Assembly (NCBI RefSeq): GCF_009914755.1
Contig: NC_060929.1
Origin: the human T2T-CHM13v2.0 reference genome, Homo sapiens
Strand: one strand, 5' to 3'
DNA length: 64,000 bases
The translations under genes were made by a program, and so were the position numbers. Of the stretch, positions 30,731-43,500 are shown in pieces. The first letter of the stretch is position 1. Each line of letters starts with the position of its first letter. The notes beneath the pieces were generated by a model that worked only from the letters and a program-made list of their open reading frames with translations, did not search any database and was not told the origin of the DNA.

Positions 30731-31105
30731 TAAGCATATTGAGATGGGGAAATTGTCCTGGATTATGTGGGCGGGTCCTAAATAAAGTGACAACTGTCCC
30801 TATAAGAGGGAAGTAGCAGGATATTTGACTCCAGAAACCAAGAGGGTAATGTTATGAGGGAAGCTGAGACTGGAGCCATGTGCTTTGAAGATGAAGAAAG
30901 TAGTCACGAGAAACTAAAAAAGGCAAGGAAATGGATTCTCCCCTAATAGCCTTCAGAAAGAACAAGCCCAGCCAAAACCTTGACTTTATCTCAGTAAAAC
31001 TGACTTTGGAATTCTGACTTCCAGGCCTATCAGAAAATAAATTTATTTTGATTTCAGCAACTAAATTTGTGATAATTTGTTACAGTAGCAACAGGAACTA
31101 ATGCA
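30429..31105 (+). mobile_element. MLT1D-like MaLR solo LTR inserted in a MIR, carrying an inverted local duplication
   Basis: ggtaggctgaataatg..ccaaagatatccacatcctaatc start; aactaatgca end; perfect TSD GGTAC at 30424-30428 and 31106-31110. Confidence 0.85.
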
Positions 31106-31919
31106 GGTACAAATTGCAGATTTTATTATTATATTAATACCACACTTGGTGAAACTGTGAACGCAGCTCATTCCCACTTAGTCCTTCTGTGGGATCCTTC
31201 CTAATTGGAGTTAAGACCTTTAGGAAGCACTGTGAGTACTAATTTGGATGAATACAGTCAGCTGTGCTTGTTCCTCATTTGTCAAGTAGAACCAACGAGG
31301 GCAAAACCCCATCTTCTGTTGCACACATTCATGTGACTTGAAGATCGTGCTTCATCGAAATCTATCCTGATGAATTCTTCCCAGTGGGGTGGAATGTTTT
31401 TTCTTCTTGTACACCTTTTGCTAAATTTAACCAATAAGGCAAAAGATCTCTACTATGAAAATGATAAGACAATGATGAGAGAAATAGAAGAAGACTCAAT
31501 AAATGGCAAGATATCTTGTGTTCATGGATTGGAAGAATTAATATTGTCAAAATGTCCATACTACCTAAAGTGATCTACAGGTTTGATGTAATCTTTATCA
31601 AAATCCCAATGGCATTTTTCACAGAAATAGAAAAAGCAATCATAAAATTCATATGGAACCACAAAAGGCCCCACAAAGCCAAAGGAATCTTGAGCAAAAA
31701 GAACAAAGCTGAAAACATCATGCTACCTGATTTTAAAATATACTACAAAATTATAGTAATAAAAGCATCATGGTACTGGCATAAAAAACTGACATACAGA
31801 CCAATGGAACACAATAGAGAACTCAGAAACAAATCCACACATTATGGTTACTTGGTCTTTGTCAAAAATGCCAAGATCACATAAAAGGGAAAGAACATTT
31901 TCTTCAATAAATGGTGTTA

Positions 31920-32054
31920 TGGCTGCTCTGCCTATGGAGTAACCATAATTTATTCTTTTATTTTCCTAATAAAATTGCCGTCACTTTGCTCTATAGACTC
32001 ACCCCAAATTATTTCTTGCATGAGGTCCATCTTATAAAAAATAAAAATAAAAAA
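31920..32054 (+). mobile_element. Polyadenylated MER41-like LTR fragment (retrocopy) with TSD
   Basis: ctgctctgcctatggagta.cca...aataaa...cactttgctctat.gactc resembles the MER41 3' part; A tail 32036-32054; TSD AAATGGTGTTA / AAATAGTGTTA. Confidence 0.7.
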
Positions 32055-32947
32055 AATAGTGTTAGGAAAACTGGATATCCAATGCAGAAGAATGAAATTT
32101 GACCATTTTCTCACATCATATACAAAAATCAACTTGAAGTGGAAGAAAGACTTGTATGTAAGACCTAAAACTATAAAACTGTCAAAAGAAACATAGGAAA
32201 AAAGCTTCTTGACATTGGTCTGGGCAATGATTTTGTGGATATGACCCCAAAAGCTCAGGCAACAAAAGCAAAAATAGACAAATGAGACTGCCTCAAACTG
32301 AAAAGCTTCTGCTCAGCAAAGGAAGAAACCAATAGGGAAAGAGATAATCTACAGAATGAAAGAATATATTTGCAAACCATACATCTGGTAAGGGGTTAAC
32401 ACTCAAAATATATAAGGAGCTCAATCAATTCAATAGCAAGAAAAATAACAGTATTAAAAAATGGACAAATGAGCTGAATAAACATTTATTCAAAGAATAC
32501 ATAAAAATGGCCAATAGATGATCATTAATGATCTGAAAAATTCAAATCAAAACCACAACGAGATATCACCTTACACCTGTTGAGACTGTCATTATCAAAA
32601 AGACAAGAGATAACAAGTGTTGGTAAGGGTGTAGAGAAAAGGAAACTCTTGCACACTGTTGGTGGGAATGTAAATTGGTATAGTCAGTATGAAAAACAAT
32701 AGGAAGGCTACTCAAAAAACCTAAGTGCCATTGACAGATGAATGGATAAAGAAAATGTGATAGATTACATAGATAGATAGACAGACAGAAACATACATGT
32801 AATGGAATATTGTTTAACCTTAAATAAGAAGAAAATTCTGTCATTTATGACAACACAGATGAATCTAGAGGATATTATTCTAAGAGAAATAAGCCAAGGA
32901 CAGAAAGACATAACGCATGTTCTCACTTTTATGTGGAATCTAAGAAA

Positions 32948-33243
32948 CTGGAAACCATCATTCTCAGCAAGGACAAAAAACCAAACACTGCATGTTCTCA
33001 CTCATAAGTGGGAATTGAACAATGAGAACACATGGACACAGGAAGGGGAATATCACACTTCGGGGACTGTTGTGGGGTTGGGGGAGGGGGGAAGGATAGC
33101 ATTAGGAGATATACCTAATGCTAAATGACGAGTTAATGGGTGCAGCACACCAACATAGCACATGTATACATATGTAACAAACTTGCACATTGTGCACATG
33201 TACCCTAAAACTTAAAGTATAATAATAATAAAATTTAAAAAAA
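32948..33243 (+). mobile_element. Short 5'-truncated L1PA (PA3/PA4-like) 3' end nested in the L1MA
   Basis: L1PA 3'UTR and tail; TSD AAGAAA at 32942-32947 and 33244-33249; the host resumes with gtcaaactcatag. Confidence 0.9.
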
Positions 33244-34899
33244 AAGAAAGTCAAACTCATAGATGAAAGCAGAGTAGAATAGTGGTTGCCAGGGCCTGTG
33301 GAGGGGGTGAAGGTGGAGGTGGAGAAAATGGTAAATGTTGATCAAAGGGTGCAAAACTCAATTAGGCAGGATAAATAAGTTCTGGAGATCTAATGTACAC
33401 CATAGTGACTATAGTTTAAAACACTGTATTTTATACTTAAATTTGCTAAGAGAATAGATCTCAAATGTTCTCATCACGTAACAAAAAGATAACTATGTGA
33501 GGTGATGGATATGTTAATTGGCTTGATTGATTTTACAATATATACATATTATATCACAACATCACATTGTACACTGTAAGGATATAAAATTTTTATTTGT
33601 CAATTATATCTCGATTAGACTGGGGAAAGAAAAGAAAAAGAAACTAAATATTAGTAATGCTATAGTAGGTACTTACATCAACTCTTTTGGAAAGTTAACT
33701 TTCTGGAAAGTTAATCTTGCTGGAGAAATTGACCTGAAGACAGGACAATGTCAAATTTCAAAAAAGTAAGTAATTGTTATTATTAATGTGGCTGTAGTCA
33801 TTATTATTGCTGCTGCTGTTATTATGGGTGTGGCTATGTGCTGGACCAAAATTAATACAGTCAACATGTAAAGGAGCACTGAGGGCCATGGTTCCACAGT
33901 ACAACCAGCCATGAGATCTACGTCGTTCCCCAAAGCATGAGAAGGCACGGCAGACTTGGGACCAGAAGAGACGAATCAGCACCCCAGCTCTGTCACCTCC
34001 CTAAGGTACTTTACCTGGATCTCAACTTCTTGACTGGCAAATGGGAATAATAAAGCCTGCTATATAGGGGCTTTTGTGAGGATTGAATGAGCTCCTGTTT
34101 GTGGCAGTGCTTTGTAAACTGTAAGGCTCGACAACCCCTGAAGACTTGGTTTATCTCACTGAGTCCTACTAAATTGTGTCTGACCCACTAAAGGACTAGA
34201 TGTGATAATAAAACATTATAGTTCCATTCTATAATCCTGGAGCAATATTTCTGAAGAATCAATGTTATGCAATGTAATATGAGCCAGTGCATTTGAAAGC
34301 ACCCAGTGCATAACAGATACTCAATAAATGTTTTTGGAATCTGAGGTTTTATTTTTTTTTTCTCATTTCCCTGCTTCATCTCCTTTGTTCAGGTAGACAG
34401 GTCCCTAAGAATGTTTGGTAATCTTTAGCCAAGTCTCACTAAATTTCATGAATGTCGTGTGTGAAGTCTTTTGCCCATGCACATGTATACTGAGCAGATA
34501 AGAAAACCGAAAGTATATCACTGCCCACCTAGTCATGCCTAGAACTGGAAACTAGCCAGTACATGGCTAGCCATCATTATGAAAGGAATCTGGAGTTATA
34601 AAGGTGAGGCTTACCGGGTGTCAGTCTCAGCAGCATGCCAATTGCCAATTAAGCTTTCCTCTGGATAGATTGGCTCAGAGACTGTCATATGAAACTGGAG
34701 GCTCCAAAGGGAAGCTTCTCCAGAATCACTCTTATTGGTTATTTCTTGATGGCCCAACGTGGTCCCCAGGGTCATCAGCAGGCATGCCCTCATGGAAAGC
34801 TGTAGAAGGGCAGTGTGCCAAGGGGTGTGGCCACAAGTCTTGATGCTAATGCTCCCTAAGAGAGCCCAGCCAAATCCAACCTTAAAGGCGTTACTGTTA

Positions 34900-35450
34900 G
34901 GAATGGAGGGACAAACTGACATTTTGTGCCCCCTCATGAGAAGCAGCAAAACACACAATATCACCTATGTAGTAGTTTTGCCAGAAACGTTTCAAAGTAA
35001 TGTAAACTTAAGGAGTAAATGAAATAAATCTAGAATGTGGGACACTCTGTGACAGTTCCTGGACTCTTCAAAAAAGCCAATATCATAAAAAGCAAAAAAG
35101 ACAAAAGTGGAGGAGAATTTTCTAAGTTAAAGAAGCGTAACAACAAAATACAGCATGCTAACTTGGCTGGATCTTTGATTTAAAAAAATTCTATAAAATA
35201 TATATTGGGGATGATTGGGGGAATTTAAATATAGACAGCACATTAGATAATATGGAATAAGTGTCAATATCTTGGGTGAGTACTTCCACATACTTTAAAT
35301 AAATAAATATAAATAAGACAGGGAGAGAAGTGTCACAAATATGGTAAAATTGCACAATCTTAGTAAAGGAAAAAAGGGGACTCGTACTATTTTCAACTTT
35401 TCTATAGTGTTCTATTTTTAAAATAAATAATTGGGGGATTTAAATGTTTT
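34900..35450 (+). mobile_element. Ancient L1MC/ME 3'UTR fragment
   Basis: cctggactcttcaaaaaagccaatatcat and ggggatgattgggggaatttaaatatagac resemble old L1 3' ends. Confidence 0.55.
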
Positions 35451-35753
35451 CCAATTATCAGAAATATTCAGAGCACTGTAGTAATTTACTCCTTCATGTT
35501 GAATGCACCTAGACATGAATTTCCGTGTCTACCAGTTACAATAAGATAATAATATCAACAATTAAAATAACCCTGAGAGTTCCTAAAATTACACAGCTGT
35601 CTAGTGTTCTGGTGTCCAAAATACGTTAACACATTTATCTCATTAGATATGACTTGGTCACTGAGCACTATAATCTTCATTACAGATGAAACCAGTTGCC
35701 CAGCAAATCAGTCTTCTCTTCCCATCTCTTAATTTTGAATTGATGATGTCTGG

Positions 35754-36067
35754 TTTGTTTTTTGTTTGTTTGTTTGTTTGTTTGTTTGAGATGTAGTCTT
35801 GCTCTGTCACCCAGGTTGGAGTGCAATAGTGTGATCTCGGCTCACTGTGAGCTCCGCCTCCCTGGTTCAAGTCATTCTTCTGCCTCAGCCTCCTGAGTAG
35901 CTGGGACTACAGGCGCCCGCCACTACGCCTGGCTAATTTTTGTATTTTTAGTAGAAACGGGGTTTCACCGTATTGGCCAGGCTGGTCTCGAACTCCTGAC
36001 CTCATGATCTGCCTGTCTCGGCCTCCCAAAGTGCTGGGATTACAGACGTGAGCCACTGCACCCGTCC
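35754..36067 (-). mobile_element. AluS (Sg/Sc-like) with a (TTTG)n tail
   Basis: Reverse Alu dimer; TSD TGATGATGTCTGGTTT / TGTTGATGCCTGGTTT. Confidence 0.95.
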
Positions 36068-37199
36068 CTGTTGATGCCTGGTTTTCTTCTACAATCGGCC
36101 ATCCAGCACAGGAACTTGGTCCTGGCACAGTGTATGTCCCAGCCCCCTTACTTTGCCCAGCTCCCCAGATGCCAGGGTTTCTTATTCATAGATATACAAT
36201 GGATTCTATCTAGTGGGGTAGCAGGGACTTTGGCTCTTTAGCTGCTCAAATGAGACGCTGTCCCAAACTACTTAACAGTGGGTATGTTTTCCATCTGGAA
36301 AAAAAAATGCAGTGAGCACTGCATTAATTGCACAACTGTTGATCTTCAGGCACTTGAAAGGGCAGGAAAAGAGTAGAACTTTACAAAAAGGTAATAAGCA
36401 CTTTTTAGAACCTTTTTCTTTTGGTTATTAGAGAAATTCAAGGGTTAAGTCACAGGACTATGAAATCCTATGGTGTACAGAACTCCTTTAAAGTCAGAGA
36501 TAATTTAACCAGGTTACTCTTAATATTTGCACAGCCTGGAGATACATACGTGAAAGTTGGTACAAAGGAATGTCTTATATTTAGATGGCTGAATGGTGAC
36601 TAGAGGCATTTCTTACTGACAGCAGCCTCATGCAAGACACGTACAACAGGGGAATTATTTTAACAAAGAACAACAAAAAGGCACTTGCTCCTCAAGCTTG
36701 CCATCAAAAGGCTTAAGTGAATTTGTGTGGAGAAATTCTGTGCTGGGGAAATACTAGCAAAAAAAGCAAACAAACAAACAAACAAACAAAAACAGTATTT
36801 CACTAAGTTGCTAATTAGGTAATAATTATCCAAGGCAAGGTGTAGAATTCATATCTCACTCTAGAAATGTTTAGGTCAGTCCAAGAGTCCAACAACTCCA
36901 CAGAATAGTAAATTGTGGACTCTGAGCCAAAATCTCAAACAATGATATCAAATATGGGTGATATTAGAACAATGACATTAAACACTGTAACACTTCCACA
37001 GGAACTTGTAGCCATGATAGGAATTTCCTAGTCAGCCTCCTCCCCTCCATGCCCCCTGCACCCCCATTAACGTTAACAGACCCACTCACACAGAGAAAGC
37101 CTCGCTGGAGTGTCAGAGGCTTGGGCAGGAGATAATTCGCCGTTGCGCTTGGAAAATCCTGCAGTTGTACCTGCAACAGGCACCTGAGGAGGCTGGGCA

Positions 37200-37440
37200 A
37201 ATATTAATATATAATACTTACTGAGTGCTTCCTATGAACTAGGACCTCTGAGAAGAGATTTATGTGCAGACCTCCTCTAACCTTTCCAGCAGCCCATGAG
37301 GTAGGCACTATGATTTTATTTATTTCTGCAGTAAGGAGGCTGAGGGTTCAAAACGTCAAGCCACAAAGAACAAGTAGCAAAGCTAGAATTTGAGCCTACT
37401 TAATCTGACTCCAGAGACTGGGCTTTTAAACATTTGTACT
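37200..37440 (-). mobile_element. MIR
   Basis: ttactgagtgcttcctatg...cccatgaggtagg...gaggctgagg...agaatttgagcc. Confidence 0.6.
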
Positions 37441-38607
37441 TATTCTTTCAAACAAGAGACTGAAGCACAGCAATTCTGTCATTGATAATAGCCCTTCTTA
37501 TATAGCTCTTCATAATTTATACATTTTTAAAAATATTACTTCCTTTACCACTGCAGTGGTCTCTTGTCTGCCATCCCTAAAAAGGGAAACCTCATTGGCA
37601 GAACTGCCTGAGCCAGTGAACCAGGTCTGGGCTGTCCAAGGCCAGTGTCTCTCTTTATCCCACCCTGCATTTGGTGCCAGATCTTTTTGCACAGTTCTTG
37701 TTAAGTGTTCAGATTTCTCCTTAGTCTTGTTCATCAGGAATACAATAAAAAAACTCTGGGACAGCCTGTCTCTCTTGAAGTTGCCTCATTTGCCATCTGT
37801 CTCAAATTTGACCCCACCCTGATGCTCTTTGCTACACTGGTCATCTTCCTTCTTTTAATTGATCTTCTTGGTAATTTTAGTCCAGTTGGAGCATTTGGCT
37901 CTGTGTCTCAGGGATCTCTCTCCACTTCAGCATTTATCAGCCCTATTCCCTAATTAGAGGAGCGTAGGCGGTAAAACATCCACAAAGCCTGTAGTGCAAT
38001 ACAAATTATCTACAGCTTTCAGATGTTTATTTTACTAATTATCTGCCAAAAATGTGATTTCTTTTTCTGCCCAACAGAAGGTTTTTGACTCCCCTTTTGT
38101 AGACAAAATTGCTTGATAAGATTGACAGATGTCAGCATAAACAGTGAGACTGGCCTTTTCCAAAATTGCATGACTTTATAATAGCTGTGGCAGAAATCAA
38201 CCAAGGGACTCAAGGGGAGAGCTCTCGGTGAAGCCACACACAGAGTGAAAAAAGAGTGAGATTTCATGACAGTGCTCAGAAGCCATAGATACACTTGGAA
38301 AGAGCATCAGAATTTACTATAGAATTAATAAGGATGGACAAGGTAATAATTGAATTGTGTTTATAGACTACAGGTGGATAGCAATGAATGAATGGGTAAT
38401 TAAACAAATGTAGGAACAAACATTAGGTAAGCATAAACTATGATGAGTGCTTTCACACGTATAAATTCTCCCCATGGCTCTGCTAGATAATAATTATTAT
38501 TTCAGTTTTATAGATGAGGAAACTGAGGCTCTAAACGGTTGAGCCTTGCCAAGATAATCCAGCCAGAAGCTGCAGGCTTCTGAATGTAGATTTCTCTTGC
38601 TTTGGGT

Positions 38608-39140
38608 TGCTTCAAGTGTACCTAGGATTTTGTTTTTATTCAGGTATGGTGAGGCCAACAGATAAGATGGTTGCCACCGAAACGATAGTTTGTCATAGTG
38701 TCCAAGAGGAGTGAGCTCAAATACTGTGCAGGGCCACAGGGAAGTACCATGGTCAATCAGGAGGAAGAAGGAGGGAGGGGGCACAGTCTTTATTGTGTCT
38801 TTTGCATGAAGAAATGGGTGAGGCAGATTAAGCAGCTGAGCAGGCTTAGGATAGCAAGGTTTGAACAATTTGGGCGAGCTCTGGGCTGTAGGAGTGGTCT
38901 CTGATTGTTTTGTACCTAGCCCTGGTGTGATCTGGACTGTAAAAATCCAATAACAGAAGACACATGGGGATCCAGGATTGGTTGGTTTACATATGAAAGC
39001 TGTGTTCACAGGTAAGTTTTTTGTTTTCCCTAGGAATTAACTAACCCTGAGAGGGGCAGTCAGTTTTTCACTAGATCCACAAGGCCCCAAGATGTCAAAA
39101 CATCATGAAATATAGAAAATAAAAAACCATGATTAATACA
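38608..39140 (-). mobile_element. ERVL LTR, MER68/MER21-like
   Basis: tttattcaggtatggtgaggccaacaga and aaggccccaagatgtcaaa...ccatgattaataca end. Confidence 0.6.
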
Positions 39141-39570
39141 TGAGCAGAATTTATAGTTTCTATCTCTACAGTGATGAATTACTGAATTTCTGGAAGTTTA
39201 GGATGTCATTTTCCAAAACGCAGTAAAAAACTAACCTGAAATGGCAGATAAACCTTTTCAAATACTTCCAATGTCCATTCTTGTTCTTTCTGTGTTTTGG
39301 GTTCACCCCCAAGCAAAACTTTTATTCCTGAGTCTGGTCTTGCTGTCTTTTCCATTGCTAAGGAAATATCTTCCCTGACTTAGAGGCAACCTCTTTGCAT
39401 GTACTACAGCTGCCTATTAATGTGGTCACTATAGAAACTACATGTCAACTGAACTCCCAATTTTTTTCTCAAACTTTATTTGAGAAAATATTATTTAAGA
39501 ATATAAGCTATACTTATCTTTGCCTTCTACATTATTTGATGCATTGAGGTTCATAGGCAGAAGTCAGGAA

Positions 39571-40593
39571 TGTTTCCAGGTTCTGTGTGGAGCTGAACCT
39601 CCAGGTAAGGCCTAAGGATTCCAGCTGCGAAGGTGTAGAGTAGGCAGAGGCTGAGAGTTTGGGAAATCTCTAGATACACATTACAAGCACTTGGTCACTA
39701 ATCCTCCTGTTCCACCGTTCTCTTTTGTGTTCATATATGTCTCTTATTAAATAATCATCATGCTAACACTAATGAAAATATCTGATTTTTCTTGAGCATT
39801 TACTCTGTCTCTGGCATTGTGCTAATTTCTTTATATTCATTTTCTGATCTAATCCTTGCAACAACCCTATGAGATAAGCACTGTTAGTTCAGTTTTTGAG
39901 ATGAGGAAACCAAAGCATGAGAAAGGTAAATAAATTGCCAACACTAGTACAGCTGTAGGAAGTGTAGCCTTAGGTCTGCCTGATATTGACATTAATACTT
40001 TTCATCATTAGCTATGCTGCATTTTCCATTTCAATGTACACTTTCCTGCAAGGACAAGGTACTCCTTGTTTGTATCTACCAAATCTGTAGTATCACTGAC
40101 ATTGGCAGCTCAACAAATCCCAAAACAAGTGTACCCTTTATTGAAGAGATGGAATTCAGGCACAGAACCTTAGCTTCTAAGAGAACAGGAAGGAGGAAGG
40201 GTTGTACTGGGTGGAAGGGAAGTGAGAGGATAGCCTTGGAATATCCAAGCAGGGAGAATCTGAGCTCCTCATTGAGACACCAAACAAGGATTTGGTTACT
40301 AAAAGGGAGAAGTAGTGTGGAGCTTGGTGATAGAGGAGCAAAAAAAGAAAAGGTCAGCACTGAAAGTTGATATCAAGCCAGAGCATGGCCAACTCCTGAA
40401 CCAGAGGTTGCAGAGTCTGAGAGCTCCTCAGGCAGAATGCCTGCAATTGTTTCTAGGTTCTGTGTGGGGCTGAAACTCCAGGTAACGCCTAAGGATTCCA
40501 GCTGCAAGGGTGTAGGGTAGGCAGAGGCCTGGAGTTTGGGAAACCTCTAGATACACATTACAGGCACTTGGTCACTAGTCCTATTGTTCCACC
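39571..40593 (+). repeat. 146-bp dispersed direct repeat (39571-39716 and 40448-40593)
   Basis: Ungapped manual alignment gives 15 mismatches in 146 bp. Confidence 0.93.
39760..40020 (-). mobile_element. MIR
   Basis: taatccttgcaacaaccctatgagata...agatgaggaaac core. Confidence 0.7.
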
Positions 40594-43500
40594 ATTAGGT
40601 CACCATTAATATCAGAGGACCAAAAGCAAGTTTCAGCTCTGTGTGTTGAAGTAGAAGGGAGGCACTTGTTTATGTGATTTGAAGGGTGAATACTGAAAGA
40701 TGATCCCCCTTATACACACATATTCCTGCTTTGCCTGAAGTCGCACCCCCCATTATAGGTATTCCTTTACATTAAGACACTGTTTTTCTAAAGGTTAAAA
40801 GTAAAATGTTACTCTTACTTAGGAGGAATAAGAGGTTAATCCAACAGCACCGTTTCGATGATCTGTGAGCTGAGCGTAAGGATATGAGAGTTGAACATTT
40901 TGGTTAGACCACCTGGCACAAGCTGGGATCTGAGAACACAATTACACCATGGTGTGGGTAAATTTTAATAGGAAATGCCACCCTATAATGCAGCCAAGTG
41001 AGGCCCAGGAAGGCTGCCCTGAGTGGAGATCTAAGTAGCTGGGGATGTGGGGAGAAGGCAGGGGAAAGAAATTACCACTCATTATGTGTCTTTCATGTGC
41101 TAGTTATGTTATATAGCCTATATCTCATTTAACACAAAAATTGAAAGGAGATACCATCATTCCTATGTTAGCTCTGAAGAAATTGAGGATCACGGGGTTA
41201 AAATAATTGTCCAAGGTCCCCCAGCTGCTTGATGGTGGAGCTAAAATTAAAATCCACATTTCCGACTATAAAGCCCATGTTCTTTTTCACTGTGGCACAG
41301 TGCAGGAAATGCCAAAGATAAATATGTCTTTCCTAATTTTCCCCAGAGTCCTCCCCAGTGATAGCCGGAATCAATGTACATCTGCAAAGTGGGTCTTTTA
41401 ACATATGTCTTGTTCACACTCTTGACTCTTCTGTCCTGGTGGAACGAGGTTATCTGATAGTGCTCTACGGGGGCCAATACTCTGGGTCACTGTTTGGGGA
41501 TGCTAAATGCTTTCCTTTATTTCCAAATTGCTTTTCTGTTTAAAAAGCAACATAAAAAGCTTTTGAAGTTTCAAAAATGACCGCAGGGAGACTTGTACAT
41601 GCAATTTTGAACTGTGACTGTTGAGAAACAAATGTCTGTTTTTATTTTTAAATGTTCCTTCAGCTCGTGAAGACATTTAAGAAAAAAAGAACAAGGCTTT
41701 TAAATCTTCCTACTTATCCCTGGGGTGATCTGTCCTCTGTAGAGCAAAAGCCAAATGGTCAAATAGTAAAGAGTGCTGCTTGGACTGGGTTCTGCAGCCT
41801 AACATGTGGTCTCAGAATTGGAAGGGACTTCTTAGGGTCTTCCATTGATTGGCATGAATCCACTGAGATGCTTGAATGAAATATGTTAGCCTCATGACTA
41901 GCCCAGGTAGTCCACATTTATAGTCATTTATGGGGAACTTTTGATACAGTACACTGTCTCCACTGTTCCACACCCTACTACACAGGTTTTGGGAAGCAAA
42001 TCTTATTAATTATGTCTAGACCTTCAGACAATATTCTATCCATTTTCCATCTGTTTTATGTGGAGCCACTGAAGGAAATGCAGCCCAGGACAAATTTTGG
42101 TAACAAGTGAATCTAGGAGACAATCTGAAACACAAGGCATGGTTTTAAGGTTGAAGATGACCAAGCACTATGTGGGGGTTAAATAGACTGTTCATAAACT
42201 GAACACTGACACCAAGTCAAGGAGAATTCTAAGTCAGGAAGGACTTCAATTGAAGCTTTTAAGTCAGTTGCTCACAAATATTTGATAAATCCAGTGGGAG
42301 AGCTGTTTTTGCTTTGTTTCAGAGTTTGTGTGAAGTTTTTTTCAGCCACATTTGAGCCTGAGAGATGGAGGTGATAACATTTTCTTTGTTTAGCATTAGA
42401 GCAAATAAGAACTCATGCTTTCTTTCCAGTGTAAGAATTTTCAATTCTATTGAAAGAAAATTCAATTACTTGAAGTTTTCATTCAAGAAAAATGAAACTT
42501 CGAACTTGAAATATTTTTTTAAAGGTACATTCTTTGATCACAAGATTGAAATCTAAAAGAAGAGATGACTACTTCAAAAAAATTGTGTAAATGTTAAATT
42601 CAAGAATTCACTTTTATAACCACAGATTTATCAAGGGTTCAAACTTTTGCTGTCTACCACTTTCATTTATGCCTCATTAGGTGACCCTGAACATATTATT
42701 AGCACCTCTTTTATATATATTTATAAGTACATGTATAACTGCTAACCTTCAGACTAAGGGATTTGGCTATTTCAATGAATACTGTCACTAGACCAAACTC
42801 CTCAAATGAAAAATGCCAATAAAATCAGAAAATTAGAAAGCACATGACAAAAGACACAAGATGGTCTGGATATTTTTTCCCATCTCACTCTTCTCTTCCA
42901 TTTAGCTATTTAATTTATTCTCCTCTGCTGGCCTTTTGCAGGCTCAGGGATAGAGTCAGTCGGATAGGAACATGTTGGCTTAGTAGCAACAGAGGGGAGG
43001 AAGGAGAAGGAGAGAATTCTGAGAAAATGGACCCAGCTAAAAAATGTCTTGGATTTTCATGTAAGATGTTAATAAAAGCTGATGAAGAGTGTTCTGGAAG
43101 GACAGATGAAAGGATCAATATAGGCAGCAGTGAGCATAACCCTAAGGACCGGGATGACAAGTAAGTCCCACATCTACTGCCTACTCTGATCAGTTGCTAT
43201 AGCACAGCTGTCCAGAATGTCAGCTTGAGAAGGCTTCTAAGACTGCTCCATGCTCAGTGGGAAAGTGTGCGGTATTGGTTAATGATGTCTGACATGGTCA
43301 TGGCTGGGAGAAAGGGAAGAGAATAGCTCCTCTTATTAAATATCTATTCTCAAACAACACTATGAGGTAGATGCTATGAACCTATTTCATAGAAAGTGAA
43401 ACTGAGGCTTAAAGATCTTAGGAAGATTTTCCAAGGAAACAACTGGAGAGTGCTAGAGCTGAGATTTGAACTTCAGTCTGCCTCCCTCCCATACATCCTG

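Larger units (their letters stand above)
31420..33630 (+). mobile_element. 5'-truncated L1MA (L1MA9/MB1-like) with two nested insertions
   Basis: ORF2 remnant [22 protein letters not shown]; L1MA-type 3'UTR ending caattatatctcgattagactgggg. Confidence 0.85.
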
